From Gemmatimonadales bacterium (GTDB taxonomy: Bacteria; Gemmatimonadota; Gemmatimonadetes; Gemmatimonadales; GWC2-71-9), in the NCBI GenBank assembly GCA_035573235.1, contig DATMZX010000331.1, positions 1 through 39,191 on the forward strand: 39,191 nucleotides of DNA, given 5' to 3'. The notes under the pieces are model-generated. The model worked only from the letters and a program-made list of their open reading frames with translations. It made no database searches and was not told where the DNA came from. Numbering within the stretch: the stretch's first letter is position 1; every line of letters starts with the position of its first letter. A program made the position numbers and the translations under genes. This document shows, one piece after another, positions 27,980 through 35,166 of the stretch.

Positions 27980-28008
27980 TTGCATCTCCTAGTGTTTCCA
28001 TTTATTGT
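27980..28008 (+). promoter_or_regulatory. candidate sigma70-like promoter (TTGCAT-17 nt-TATTGT) for the DUF2780 gene
   Basis: TTGCAT at 27980-27985 and TATTGT at 28003-28008 lie in a locally AT-rich stretch. The ATG at 28018 is only 9 nt past the -10 element and has no SD sequence, so the mRNA would be leaderless or nearly so. Confidence 0.3.
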
Positions 28009-28017
28009 AGGCCCGCA

Positions 28018-28380
28018 ATGGACCTCGTCGACCAGATCGTCGCCAACTTGTCCGTCGAGCCCGGTCAGGCCGAAAAGGGTATCGGCGCGATCCTGATTTC
28101 AATGCGCATGTCCGTCGACAAGGCAACATTCGAAAAGGTCCGCGCGGCCGTCCCGGCTCATGAGAGCTACATGGGTCGCGCCTTGATGAGCGGCGCGCGC
28201 ACCGGTGAGATGATCGGCGTCGCGGGGCCCGCCGCGCTGTCGGCCGGACTCTCCGCGGCCGGCTTTCGCAAAGAGGATCTGCCGCGGCTCGGCAGCATCG
28301 TCATGGAGCATCTGCGGCCCAGTCTCGGCAACGATGTGATCGAGCGCTTCCTCGCGGGAGCCCCCGTCCTCAGAGCTTGA
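28018..28380 (+). CDS. DUF2780-like hypothetical protein
   Basis: 120 aa. The N-terminus (DLVDQIVANLSVEPGQAEKGIGAIL) and overall length and pattern resemble DUF2780 as I recall it. The 3' end overlaps the convergent kinase gene by 11 nt. Confidence 0.6.
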   Translation: MDLVDQIVANLSVEPGQAEKGIGAILISMRMSVDKATFEKVRAAVPAHESYMGRALMSGARTGEMIGVAGPAALSAGLSAAGFRKEDLPRLGSIVMEHLRPSLGNDVIERFLAGAPVLRA

Positions 28381-30622
28381 GCTTCGCCAGCAGCGCCTGG
28401 AAGCGCGGTGACTCCCGCAGCGGATCGAGCATCGGATTCACCTTGAAGTAAACCAGCCAACCCCGCCGGTCCTCGTACGCCTGCTCGGCCAGGTCGAGCG
28501 CGCGGTCGTTGTTTCCGAATCCGATGTGGAGGATCGCCAGGGCCGCCGGCGAGACATAGCCCGCGCGCCCCAGCGCTTCGAGCTCGCCGAGAATGACCTC
28601 GGCTGCGGCGCGCTTGCCCGCACGCGCCAGGACCCAGCCCAGCGTCGCCTTCGTGTAGGCATCCGCGCCGGGGAGATCGACGGCGTCGCGCAGCACGCGC
28701 TCCGCGTCGCTCGCCTTCCCGGCCAGCTCGAGCACACTGCCGAGAATGCGGTAGCTCTCGACGGCCATGGGGTTCATCTCGATCGCGCGCGCCAGATGAT
28801 CGAGCGCCTGATCGTAGCGGCGCGCGTAGAAGCACATCCAGCCCACGCTGCGCCGTCCTGAGACCGAAGCGGGGTCGAGCTCGAGGGCCGTGTGACCCTC
28901 GAGCAGCGCCGCGTCGTGCTGGCCGCGCGAGCTCAACAGGAAGCCGTACCACTGGTGCGCGCTGCCGTAGCGCGGATTCAGCTCGATCGCGCGGCGGAAC
29001 TCGCGCTCCGCCTCGGCCCAGTCCCAATCGTAGATGAACAGCGACCAGGCCAGCGACGCGTGCGCCGACGGGACGGACTCGTCCAGGGCCAGCGCCTTGC
29101 GCGCGTATTCCTTCGCCAGCGCGTAGGCCTCCGCCACCGGAATCGACCGATAGTCCACATCCAGCGCGTACGAATCGGCGAGACCCGCGTACGCGGGCGC
29201 GTAGCTCGGATCCTCGGCGATGGCCTGCTCGAAAAAGCCGATCGCTTCGGCCACCCCCTCGTGCGTGCGCTTGTTCCAGGCATAGCGGCCTTTGAGGTAC
29301 AGGCCGTAGGCGTTGATGTTCTCGGTGTAGCGGCGCGGTACGTGCTCGGACAGCTCGGTGAACATCGTCGCGCGCAGCGTGTTCACGATGGTGCCGGCGA
29401 TCTCGTCCTGGATCGCGAACACGTCGACGAGCTGGCGATCGAAGCGCTGCGACCACAGCAGCCGTCCGTCCTCCGTGGAGGTGAGCTGGGCGGTGATGCG
29501 CAGCCGATCGCCCGCCTTGCGCACGGTCCCTTCCAGGACGACGGACGCGCCCAGCAGCGCTCCCAGGGCGCGCACGTCGAGCGGCTTTCCTTTCAGCGCG
29601 AACACCGACGTGCGTGACGAGACGCGCAACCCGGAAATCTTGGCCAGCGCGTCGATCAACTCGTCCGTGATCCCGTCGCTCAGATACTCGTTCTCAGCAT
29701 CGGGACTCGCGTTGACGAACGGCAGCACGGCGATGGACCGCGTGACCAACGGCCGGAGCGCGGCCGAGCGCTCCGCCTGGACCAGCGCCGCGATGAAATC
29801 GGCGGTGCTCTCGAAGCGCTGTTCAGGATCCTTTTCGAGCGCCTGGGCGAGCGCCTGTTCCACGGCGACGGGAATTTCGGGTCGCATGCCGCGCGCCGGT
29901 GGGACGCGCTCGGTGACGTGCTTCGCCATGACCGCGCGAGGGCTCGGTGCCGTGAACGGCGGCTCCCCGGTGAGCATCTCGTAGACGACGCACGCCAGAC
30001 TGTACATGTCGCTCGCGGTCCCGAGATCCACCTCGCCGCTGGCCTGTTCGGGACTCATGTACTCGGGCGTGCCGACGGCGAAGCCGACCTCGGTCACGAA
30101 GTCGCGCCGCGGCGTTTCGTCCTCGCCCTCGCAGCAGGCGCGGGCCACGCCGAAATCGGCCAGCACCGCGTGCCCGTCGGCGAACAGGATGTTCTCGGGC
30201 TTCACATCGCGATGCACGAAGCCTTTGCGGTGCGCGAAGTCCAGTCCCGCGCCGATTTCCTGCGCGATCCGGAGGGCGTCCTTGATCGGCAGGCGGCGCT
30301 CGGCGTCGAGCCGCTCGCGCAGCGAACCGCCCGGCACGTGCGGCTGCACGTAATAGAGGAGCCCGGCGGCCTCGCCGGAGTCGATCAGCGGAACGATGTG
30401 CGGATGCGACAGGCGCGCGGCGATCCCGATCTCACGCAGAAAGCGCTCGGTCCCCAGGGCCGCGGTGATTTCGGGCCGCAGGACTTTGATCGCGACTTTG
30501 CGGCCGTGCTTCTTCTCTTCGGCCAGATAAACCGTCGCCATGCCGCCCCGGCCGAGCTCGCGCTCGACGGTGTAGCGATCGGCGAGGGCCGATGCGATGG
30601 GAAGCGGCTCCGTGGTGGGCAC
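28370..30622 (-). CDS. Hanks-type Ser/Thr protein kinase with a central alpha/beta domain and C-terminal TPR repeats
   Basis: The GTG start at 30622 gives MPTTEPLPIASALADRYTVERELGRGGMATVYLA. Kinase motifs are the G-loop GRGGMATVY, the lysine in VAIKVL, HRDVKPENIL, DFG and GTPEYMSPEQ. A module SIAVLPFVNASPDAENEYLSDGITDELI follows, then TPR repeats. I saw no TM segment. Confidence 0.85.
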   Translation of the reverse strand: MPTTEPLPIASALADRYTVERELGRGGMATVYLAEEKKHGRKVAIKVLRPEITAALGTERFLREIGIAARLSHPHIVPLIDSGEAAGLLYYVQPHVPGGSLRERLDAERRLPIKDALRIAQEIGAGLDFAHRKGFVHRDVKPENILFADGHAVLADFGVARACCEGEDETPRRDFVTEVGFAVGTPEYMSPEQASGEVDLGTASDMYSLACVVYEMLTGEPPFTAPSPRAVMAKHVTERVPPARGMRPEIPVAVEQALAQALEKDPEQRFESTADFIAALVQAERSAALRPLVTRSIAVLPFVNASPDAENEYLSDGITDELIDALAKISGLRVSSRTSVFALKGKPLDVRALGALLGASVVLEGTVRKAGDRLRITAQLTSTEDGRLLWSQRFDRQLVDVFAIQDEIAGTIVNTLRATMFTELSEHVPRRYTENINAYGLYLKGRYAWNKRTHEGVAEAIGFFEQAIAEDPSYAPAYAGLADSYALDVDYRSIPVAEAYALAKEYARKALALDESVPSAHASLAWSLFIYDWDWAEAEREFRRAIELNPRYGSAHQWYGFLLSSRGQHDAALLEGHTALELDPASVSGRRSVGWMCFYARRYDQALDHLARAIEMNPMAVESYRILGSVLELAGKASDAERVLRDAVDLPGADAYTKATLGWVLARAGKRAAAEVILGELEALGRAGYVSPAALAILHIGFGNNDRALDLAEQAYEDRRGWLVYFKVNPMLDPLRESPRFQALLAKLKL

Positions 30623-30633
30623 GGAGCCAAAAG

Positions 30634-31125
30634 CTACCCGGTGGCGCGGGCGGCACCACCCCAGCGGCCGAGCGCCAGCATCAGCAGGATCGCGCCGATC
30701 GTGATCCCCATGTCGGCAACGTTGAAGGTCCAGAATCGGACGTTCGACACACCCACATCGATGAAGTCCACCACGCCGGCGGAGGAGCGCACGCGATCGA
30801 TGAGATTGCCCAGCGCGCCGCCCGCGACGAGCGCGACGCCGATCACGCGCAAACGGTCGGCGGGACGCGTCCGGTGATAGAGCACGCCGAGCACGATGAG
30901 CGCCGCGACGGTCATGACGGAGAGCACGAGCCGGCGCTTGTCCCCACCCACCTGAAAGCCCATCGCCGCGTTCGTGTTGTAGGACAGGGTGAAGCGCACG
31001 GTCTCGCCCACGACGGGCTGGGGCACGCCCAGCTCGAGGCGGCTCTCCACCACGCGCTTGGTCGCGCAGTCGGCGACGAGCAGCACGATGGCGAGCGGCC
31101 AGAACCATCTCGCCTTGCTCGTCAC
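30634..31125 (-). CDS. lspA: lipoprotein signal peptidase (signal peptidase II)
   Basis: The GTG start at 31125 overlaps the DUF4112 stop (GTGA) and gives 163 aa. Motifs are LSYNTNAAMGF, GGALGNLIDR and FNVADMGITIG. Confidence 0.85.
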   Translation of the reverse strand: MTSKARWFWPLAIVLLVADCATKRVVESRLELGVPQPVVGETVRFTLSYNTNAAMGFQVGGDKRRLVLSVMTVAALIVLGVLYHRTRPADRLRVIGVALVAGGALGNLIDRVRSSAGVVDFIDVGVSNVRFWTFNVADMGITIGAILLMLALGRWGGAARATG

Positions 31126-31622
31126 GCGCCGGCCAATGCGCGGAAGACCCAGCGCGTCAGCAGGATCCCCAGCGCGAGCAGTCCGAGGACCATAGCAGAG
31201 ACGCCACAAAGCACCAGCGCGTTGAACGAGCGATCCGCGCGTTGCGCCCGATCCGGCACCGCCAGGTGACGCTCCAGCAGCGCCACGTTCCGAAGGTTGG
31301 CTTTCCATGCGAAGTCGAAAATATCTCCGATAACCGGAACGGCGCCCACGGCTGCGTCGAGCGCCACATTGCCGACGATCCGTAAAAGCGTGGCGCGGGA
31401 GGCGCCCAATCGAATCGCTTCGACCACGATCCACCCAGCAAGAACGGCGCCAGCAGCATCGCCGCCACCGGGAATCAAGCCAAGGAGGGGATCGAGACCG
31501 AATCGCAGGTTGGTGCCGGGAACGCGAATCCCGGCATCCATCCAATACGCGAATTTCGAAACGGCCGTGAGGCTAGATGACGACGTCTCCCGCGCGCCGC
31601 CCGACGAAGCGCCGGTGCTCAC
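31122..31622 (-). CDS. DUF4112 membrane protein
   Basis: 166 aa with a GTG start. The DUF4112 signature is IRVPGTNLRFGLDPLLGLIPGGGD ... VPVIGDIFDFAWKANLRN. Confidence 0.75.
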   Translation of the reverse strand: MSTGASSGGARETSSSSLTAVSKFAYWMDAGIRVPGTNLRFGLDPLLGLIPGGGDAAGAVLAGWIVVEAIRLGASRATLLRIVGNVALDAAVGAVPVIGDIFDFAWKANLRNVALLERHLAVPDRAQRADRSFNALVLCGVSAMVLGLLALGILLTRWVFRALAGA

Positions 31623-31866
31623 TCGCCGGCGAAACGTCGATGATGAGCGCGATGATCAATCCCACGATCGTCCATGGTGACCAGACTCCTCCGAACCAGT
31701 GCAACACCACCGTATACCACAGCAGGGTCGTTGGCAAGAAGACGAAGCCCAGCACCGGCCACAGCGACGACGTGAACAGCCCGTCGAACCATGTCGAGAG
31801 CACCCACAGCAGCGCGATGGCTATGCGCGGAGCGAACAGCGCCATCAGCACGAGGAGCAGGGGCAT
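31573..31866 (-). CDS. small multi-TM membrane protein (97 aa), hypothetical
   Basis: Three hydrophobic spans. An AAGGGA RBS lies upstream of the ATG. It starts 13 nt after the ompA-like stop and overlaps the DUF4112 start by 50 nt. Confidence 0.5.
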   Translation of the reverse strand: MPLLLVLMALFAPRIAIALLWVLSTWFDGLFTSSLWPVLGFVFLPTTLLWYTVVLHWFGGVWSPWTIVGLIIALIIDVSPASEHRRFVGRRAGDVVI

Positions 31867-31879
31867 GGTCGTCCCTTAC

Positions 31880-32524
31880 TTAGTTGGTCGATCCAAACCG
31901 TGTGGCTTCGTCGGCATACACGGCGATCTCAATGCGACGATTCCACTGACGGCCCGCATCGGTATCGTTCGTCGCGATCGGCTCGGCATCGCCGCGACCG
32001 ATCGTCGTCATGCGTCCGCGATTCACGCCGACCTGTTCCAGGAAGCCCGCCAGCGACTGCGCGCGCCGCTCCGACAGACTCTGGTTGTGCTCCGTCCCGC
32101 CCTGGGAATCGGTATGCCCCACGATCATGATGCGCGTGTTGGGATACTTCTCGAAGCTGCTGGCCAACCGCCGCAGGTTGTCCCGACTCGACGTCGCCAG
32201 CTCATCGGATTCCTGTGCAAACAGCATACCCTCGGGCAGAATCAGGACGATGCCGCCGCCCAGGCGCTCCACGACCGCGCCCGGCAGCTCGTAGGCGAGC
32301 TCCTGCGCTTGTTTATCCATCTGGTGGGCGACCGTTTGCGCTGCCGGGCCGCTGGTCTGCGCGCCCATGATGGCGTTGCGAACCGTCGCGCCGGTTTCCT
32401 TGCCCAAAGGCTGTGCGTTGACCGCGACCGTGCGGTTCTCGTTCTGTACCGTCCGTTTGGCACACCCCACGACGAGCGGCACGATGGCCGCGCACGCGAG
32501 TGTACAGGCTGTGATGCGTCGCAT
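31880..32524 (-). CDS. OmpA-family peptidoglycan-binding lipoprotein
   Basis: The lipobox is in MRRITACTLACAAIVPLVVGC. The OmpA C-terminal domain reads IVGHTDSQGGTEHNQSLSERRAQSLAGFL ... NRRIEIAVY. A GGGGAGGGG RBS is present. Confidence 0.85.
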   Translation of the reverse strand: MRRITACTLACAAIVPLVVGCAKRTVQNENRTVAVNAQPLGKETGATVRNAIMGAQTSGPAAQTVAHQMDKQAQELAYELPGAVVERLGGGIVLILPEGMLFAQESDELATSSRDNLRRLASSFEKYPNTRIMIVGHTDSQGGTEHNQSLSERRAQSLAGFLEQVGVNRGRMTTIGRGDAEPIATNDTDAGRQWNRRIEIAVYADEATRFGSTN

Positions 32525-32630
32525 GATCCCCTCCCCTTGTTGTCGGGCATGAATTTGGATTGTTGAGAAGGATCAGCAGGAACTGCCAGTCGGCGGTATC
32601 GGTCTGAATCGCGGAGGGATTAGTACTTCA

Positions 32631-32703
32631 CTGGGGCGGGAGGACTCGAACCTCCAACTTCCCGGTTAACAGCCGGGCGGTCTGCCAATTGACCTACACC
32701 CCA
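32631..32703 (-). tRNA. tRNA-Asn (anticodon GTT)
   Basis: The cloverleaf was folded by hand on the minus strand. The acceptor stem is TGGGGTG/CGCCCCA, the D arm is GGTC-AATTGGCA-GACC and the anticodon arm is CCCGG-CTGTTAA-CCGGG. The variable loop is AAGTT, the T arm is GGAGG-TTCGAGT-CCTCC and the discriminator is G. CCA is not encoded. Confidence 0.9.
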
Positions 32704-32761
32704 CTGAGGACAGTTGCGAAGTTGCGCAGACGGCAAAGTTGCAAGAACGCGCCGCGACTCG

Positions 32762-33859
32762 CTAGTACTTCATTCCCGTCTTGTCCGCAAAACTCTTGAC
32801 TGCCTCCTGCTCTTCCGGGCTCAACTTCTCGGGGAGCGTCACGTGCGCTTCCACATACATGTCGCCGCGACGGCCGTTTTTCTCGATCCCATGGCCCGGG
32901 ACGCGGAATTTCTGCCCGTGCTGTGTGCCGGCGGGAATCCGCAGGACGACGCGCTTGTCATCGAGGGTTTTCACCTTGATCCGAGAGCCCAGCAACGCCT
33001 GCGCGAGGTTGATCGGAACGACCCCGATGAGATCGAGTCCCTCGCGCCGGAAGAACCGGTCGGGCGCGATCTGGATCTGCACCATCAAATCGCCGCGGCC
33101 CTTGGGGCCCTGATTCTTGAGGCGCAACCGCGCGCCGTCTTCGACGCCGGCCGGAATCTCGACGTTTACCCGCTTCTCGATGCGCACCTCGCCGGCACCC
33201 TTGCACGTCGGGCATGGCTGCGAGGGCACCGTTCCCTTCCCTCGACACACCGGACAGGGACGATTGACGGCAAAACCGCCCTGCCCGAACGATACCGTCC
33301 CGCGTCCTTTGCACTCGGGACAGGTGTTGACGGTCGCGCCCTTCGCGGCACCGTTGCCCCCGCACGTCGGACAGACCTCCGGCATCGTCAGGGTAATCGG
33401 AATCGCTCCGCCCAATGCCGCGACGCGGAATGGAATCGTGACGCTGGTCTCGATCTCTTCGGGCTCGGCGTCGCGGCCGCCGGCGCCGCGCCGGCCGAAA
33501 ATCGACGAGAAGATGTCGCCCAGGCCGCCGAGATCGGAAATGTCGAAATCGCCGCTCTCGTCGGGAGCGGTACGCCCGCGCCGCGCGCTACCGCCGGATC
33601 GCGGATGGAAACCGCCGCCGCTCGGGCCCGCGAACGCTCCGTAGCGCCGCAGCTGGTCGTATTTCTTCCGTTTGTCGACGTCGCTGAGTACGTCGTGCGC
33701 CTCGTTGATTTCCTTGAAGCGCTCGGCTGCCTGCGGGTTGTTGGGATTGCGGTCCGGATGGTGCAGCTTGGCCAACCGCCTGAAGGCTTTCTTGATTTCG
33801 TCCGTCGTGGCGGTTTCGGCGACTCCCAACACCTGATAGTAGTCGCGCTGTGCCGCCAT
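32762..33859 (-). CDS. dnaJ: molecular chaperone DnaJ (type I)
   Basis: The internal ATG at 33859 gives MAAQRDYYQVLGV...HHPDRN (J domain). A G/F-rich region follows, then four CxxCxGxG zinc motifs (CPTCGGNG, CPECKGRG, CPVCRGKG, CPTCKGAG). The start overlaps the grpE stop (TAATG). Confidence 0.9.
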   Translation of the reverse strand: MAAQRDYYQVLGVAETATTDEIKKAFRRLAKLHHPDRNPNNPQAAERFKEINEAHDVLSDVDKRKKYDQLRRYGAFAGPSGGGFHPRSGGSARRGRTAPDESGDFDISDLGGLGDIFSSIFGRRGAGGRDAEPEEIETSVTIPFRVAALGGAIPITLTMPEVCPTCGGNGAAKGATVNTCPECKGRGTVSFGQGGFAVNRPCPVCRGKGTVPSQPCPTCKGAGEVRIEKRVNVEIPAGVEDGARLRLKNQGPKGRGDLMVQIQIAPDRFFRREGLDLIGVVPINLAQALLGSRIKVKTLDDKRVVLRIPAGTQHGQKFRVPGHGIEKNGRRGDMYVEAHVTLPEKLSPEEQEAVKSFADKTGMKY

Positions 33860-34446
33860 TACGTATCCTGCCAGGTCAACACAATGACCCGGGCCGGGCG
33901 CAGCAGCGTGTCCCGCATCTTGTAGCCTGGTTGCACGACCTGGCCTACGATATGGTCCTGCTCCGGTTTCGACGCTTTCTGCGTGGTGACCGCTTCGTGC
34001 ACGTTCGGGTCGAACGGCACGCCGGCCTGATCGATTCGCGTCACGCCGGCGGCCTCGAGCTCTTTCCACACCTTCCGCTCCACGAGATCGACTCCCTCGT
34101 GCAGGGTCTTGGAATCGATTTCGGCCGGATCGATGTGGGCGAACCTGGCCAGATCATCGAGCGCATCGGCGAGCCGGGTCACAAGCTCCGCCTGCGCGCG
34201 ATTCCATGTCTCGGAGCGCTCCTTCATCGTCCGCTTGCGGAAATTGTCGTACTCGGCGGCGAGACGCAGGTGACGATCCTTCCAAACGTCGGCCTCGGAC
34301 AACTCCGAGCTGGATTGAGACGCAGCAGGCGCCGCAGACGCAGCAGCTCCCCCATCTTCACCCGTCTTCGGGGCTTGGACAGGTTGGTGTGTGTCCGGGT
34401 CGAGGGACGGCGCCGGCGGATTGTGTGGGTGACGCTTATTGGTCAT
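33859..34446 (-). CDS. grpE: nucleotide exchange factor GrpE
   Basis: The GrpE core is RLAAEYDNFRKRTMKE ... VVQPGYKMRDTLLRPARV. I prefer the ATG at 34446 to the TTG at 34470, which lies inside a strong hairpin. Confidence 0.85.
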   Translation of the reverse strand: MTNKRHPHNPPAPSLDPDTHQPVQAPKTGEDGGAAASAAPAASQSSSELSEADVWKDRHLRLAAEYDNFRKRTMKERSETWNRAQAELVTRLADALDDLARFAHIDPAEIDSKTLHEGVDLVERKVWKELEAAGVTRIDQAGVPFDPNVHEAVTTQKASKPEQDHIVGQVVQPGYKMRDTLLRPARVIVLTWQDT

Positions 34447-34462
34447 TGGGAACTTTCGGTCT

Positions 34463-34527
34463 GGCAACAAGATACCCCGGGGCAGATTGTTCGGAAAGCG
34501 CCCCGGGGTATTCAGGAAGCTGTTGCC
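34463..34527 (-). terminator. long imperfect hairpin between the OMP gene and grpE (terminator or attenuator-like)
   Basis: The inner perfect 12-bp stem pairs ataccccggggc (34472-34483) with gccccggggtat (34500-34511) around a 16-nt loop. The outer 7-bp stem pairs ggcaaca (34463-34469) with tgttgcc (34521-34527). On the transcribed strand there is only a weak U-tract (CUUGUUG). Confidence 0.45.
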
Positions 34528-34534
34528 GGCGATC

Positions 34535-35080
34535 TCAGTAGCCGAACAACAGGCCGATCGTGACGGGGACGAACGAAGTCGATGCTCCGTCGGTCTTCAC
34601 GCTGATGTAGCGGGCTTCGGCAAACGCGTTGAGGCCGCCGATGCTGAACGTGACGCCGCCGCCCAGACCCAGACCGATTTTCGTCTGGGAATCGGAGCCG
34701 CCATCGACGTTATAAATGCCGAGTCCACCGAGCGCGTACGGACGCGCCTGCGCGTTGGGCGCGCTGAAGTGATACAACACACTCGCGTTGCCTCCCAAAA
34801 TCGAGGTGCTCCCCGTGGCGCCGGTGCCTTCATGCGCCGTCGACGAATAAATACCGTCGATGCGCAAATAAAGCGGGCTGCTCGCAAAGGGGGTCTCGAA
34901 GATGCCGAGCAGGTTGATGCCCATCTTATCGAAATCGCCGTAGTCGCCCAGCGGCTGGGTCGCGCCTACGCCGAGGCCGAATCGGAAGCCTTCCGAGGCC
35001 GGTATGACCTGCGCCCGCAGGGGCATCGCGGCGCAGAGCGCGGCCGCGACTGCAAGCGCGCTCAAAGATATCCGTTTCAT
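34535..35080 (-). CDS. small outer-membrane beta-barrel protein (OmpW/OMP_b-brl-like)
   Basis: 181 aa with signal peptide MKRISLSALAVAAALCAAMPLRAQ. It has glycine-rich amphipathic strands and a C-terminal LLFGY. An AAGGAG RBS is present. Confidence 0.8.
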   Translation of the reverse strand: MKRISLSALAVAAALCAAMPLRAQVIPASEGFRFGLGVGATQPLGDYGDFDKMGINLLGIFETPFASSPLYLRIDGIYSSTAHEGTGATGSTSILGGNASVLYHFSAPNAQARPYALGGLGIYNVDGGSDSQTKIGLGLGGGVTFSIGGLNAFAEARYISVKTDGASTSFVPVTIGLLFGY

Positions 35081-35166
35081 TGAGGCTCCTTGTTCTTGTT
35101 GTGTTAGAGGTCTAGCGGACTATAAACGAGGAGCCGAGGGAATCGCAGAATCGTTGGAATTGATTC

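Noticed and set aside
30623-31108. An N-terminal extension that would make the kinase 912 aa (listed ORF 28370..31108).
   Set aside because: The extension overlaps lspA in another frame and is Arg-rich nonsense. A GTG at 30622, 11 nt after the lspA stop, yields a normal kinase N-terminus just before the glycine loop.
32525-32761. tRNA-Asn as the attachment site of a genomic island.
   Set aside because: I saw no integrase, no direct repeat of the tRNA 3' end and no compositional break on either side. The flanking genes are core-type (dnaJ and an ompA/lspA operon).
33860-34069. Upstream extensions of dnaJ (435 aa), cinA (530 aa, to 37469), lspA (303 aa, to 31545), the cyclase (358 aa, to 22975), the aminotransferase (from 20394) and the lipoprotein (from 19330).
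   Set aside because: In each case the extension overlaps the neighbouring gene or has junk composition. An internal start with an RBS or a stop-start overlap gives the canonical family N-terminus (J domain, CinA KLEVITIG, signal peptides, Tat motif).
35084-35135. A possible SD-sequestering hairpin (GGCTCCT at 35129-35135 pairing with the AGGAGCC RBS of the OMP gene at 35084-35090 on the minus-strand RNA).
   Set aside because: The stem is only 7 bp with a 38-nt loop, so it is easily a chance match in GC-rich sequence. There is no supporting conservation information.
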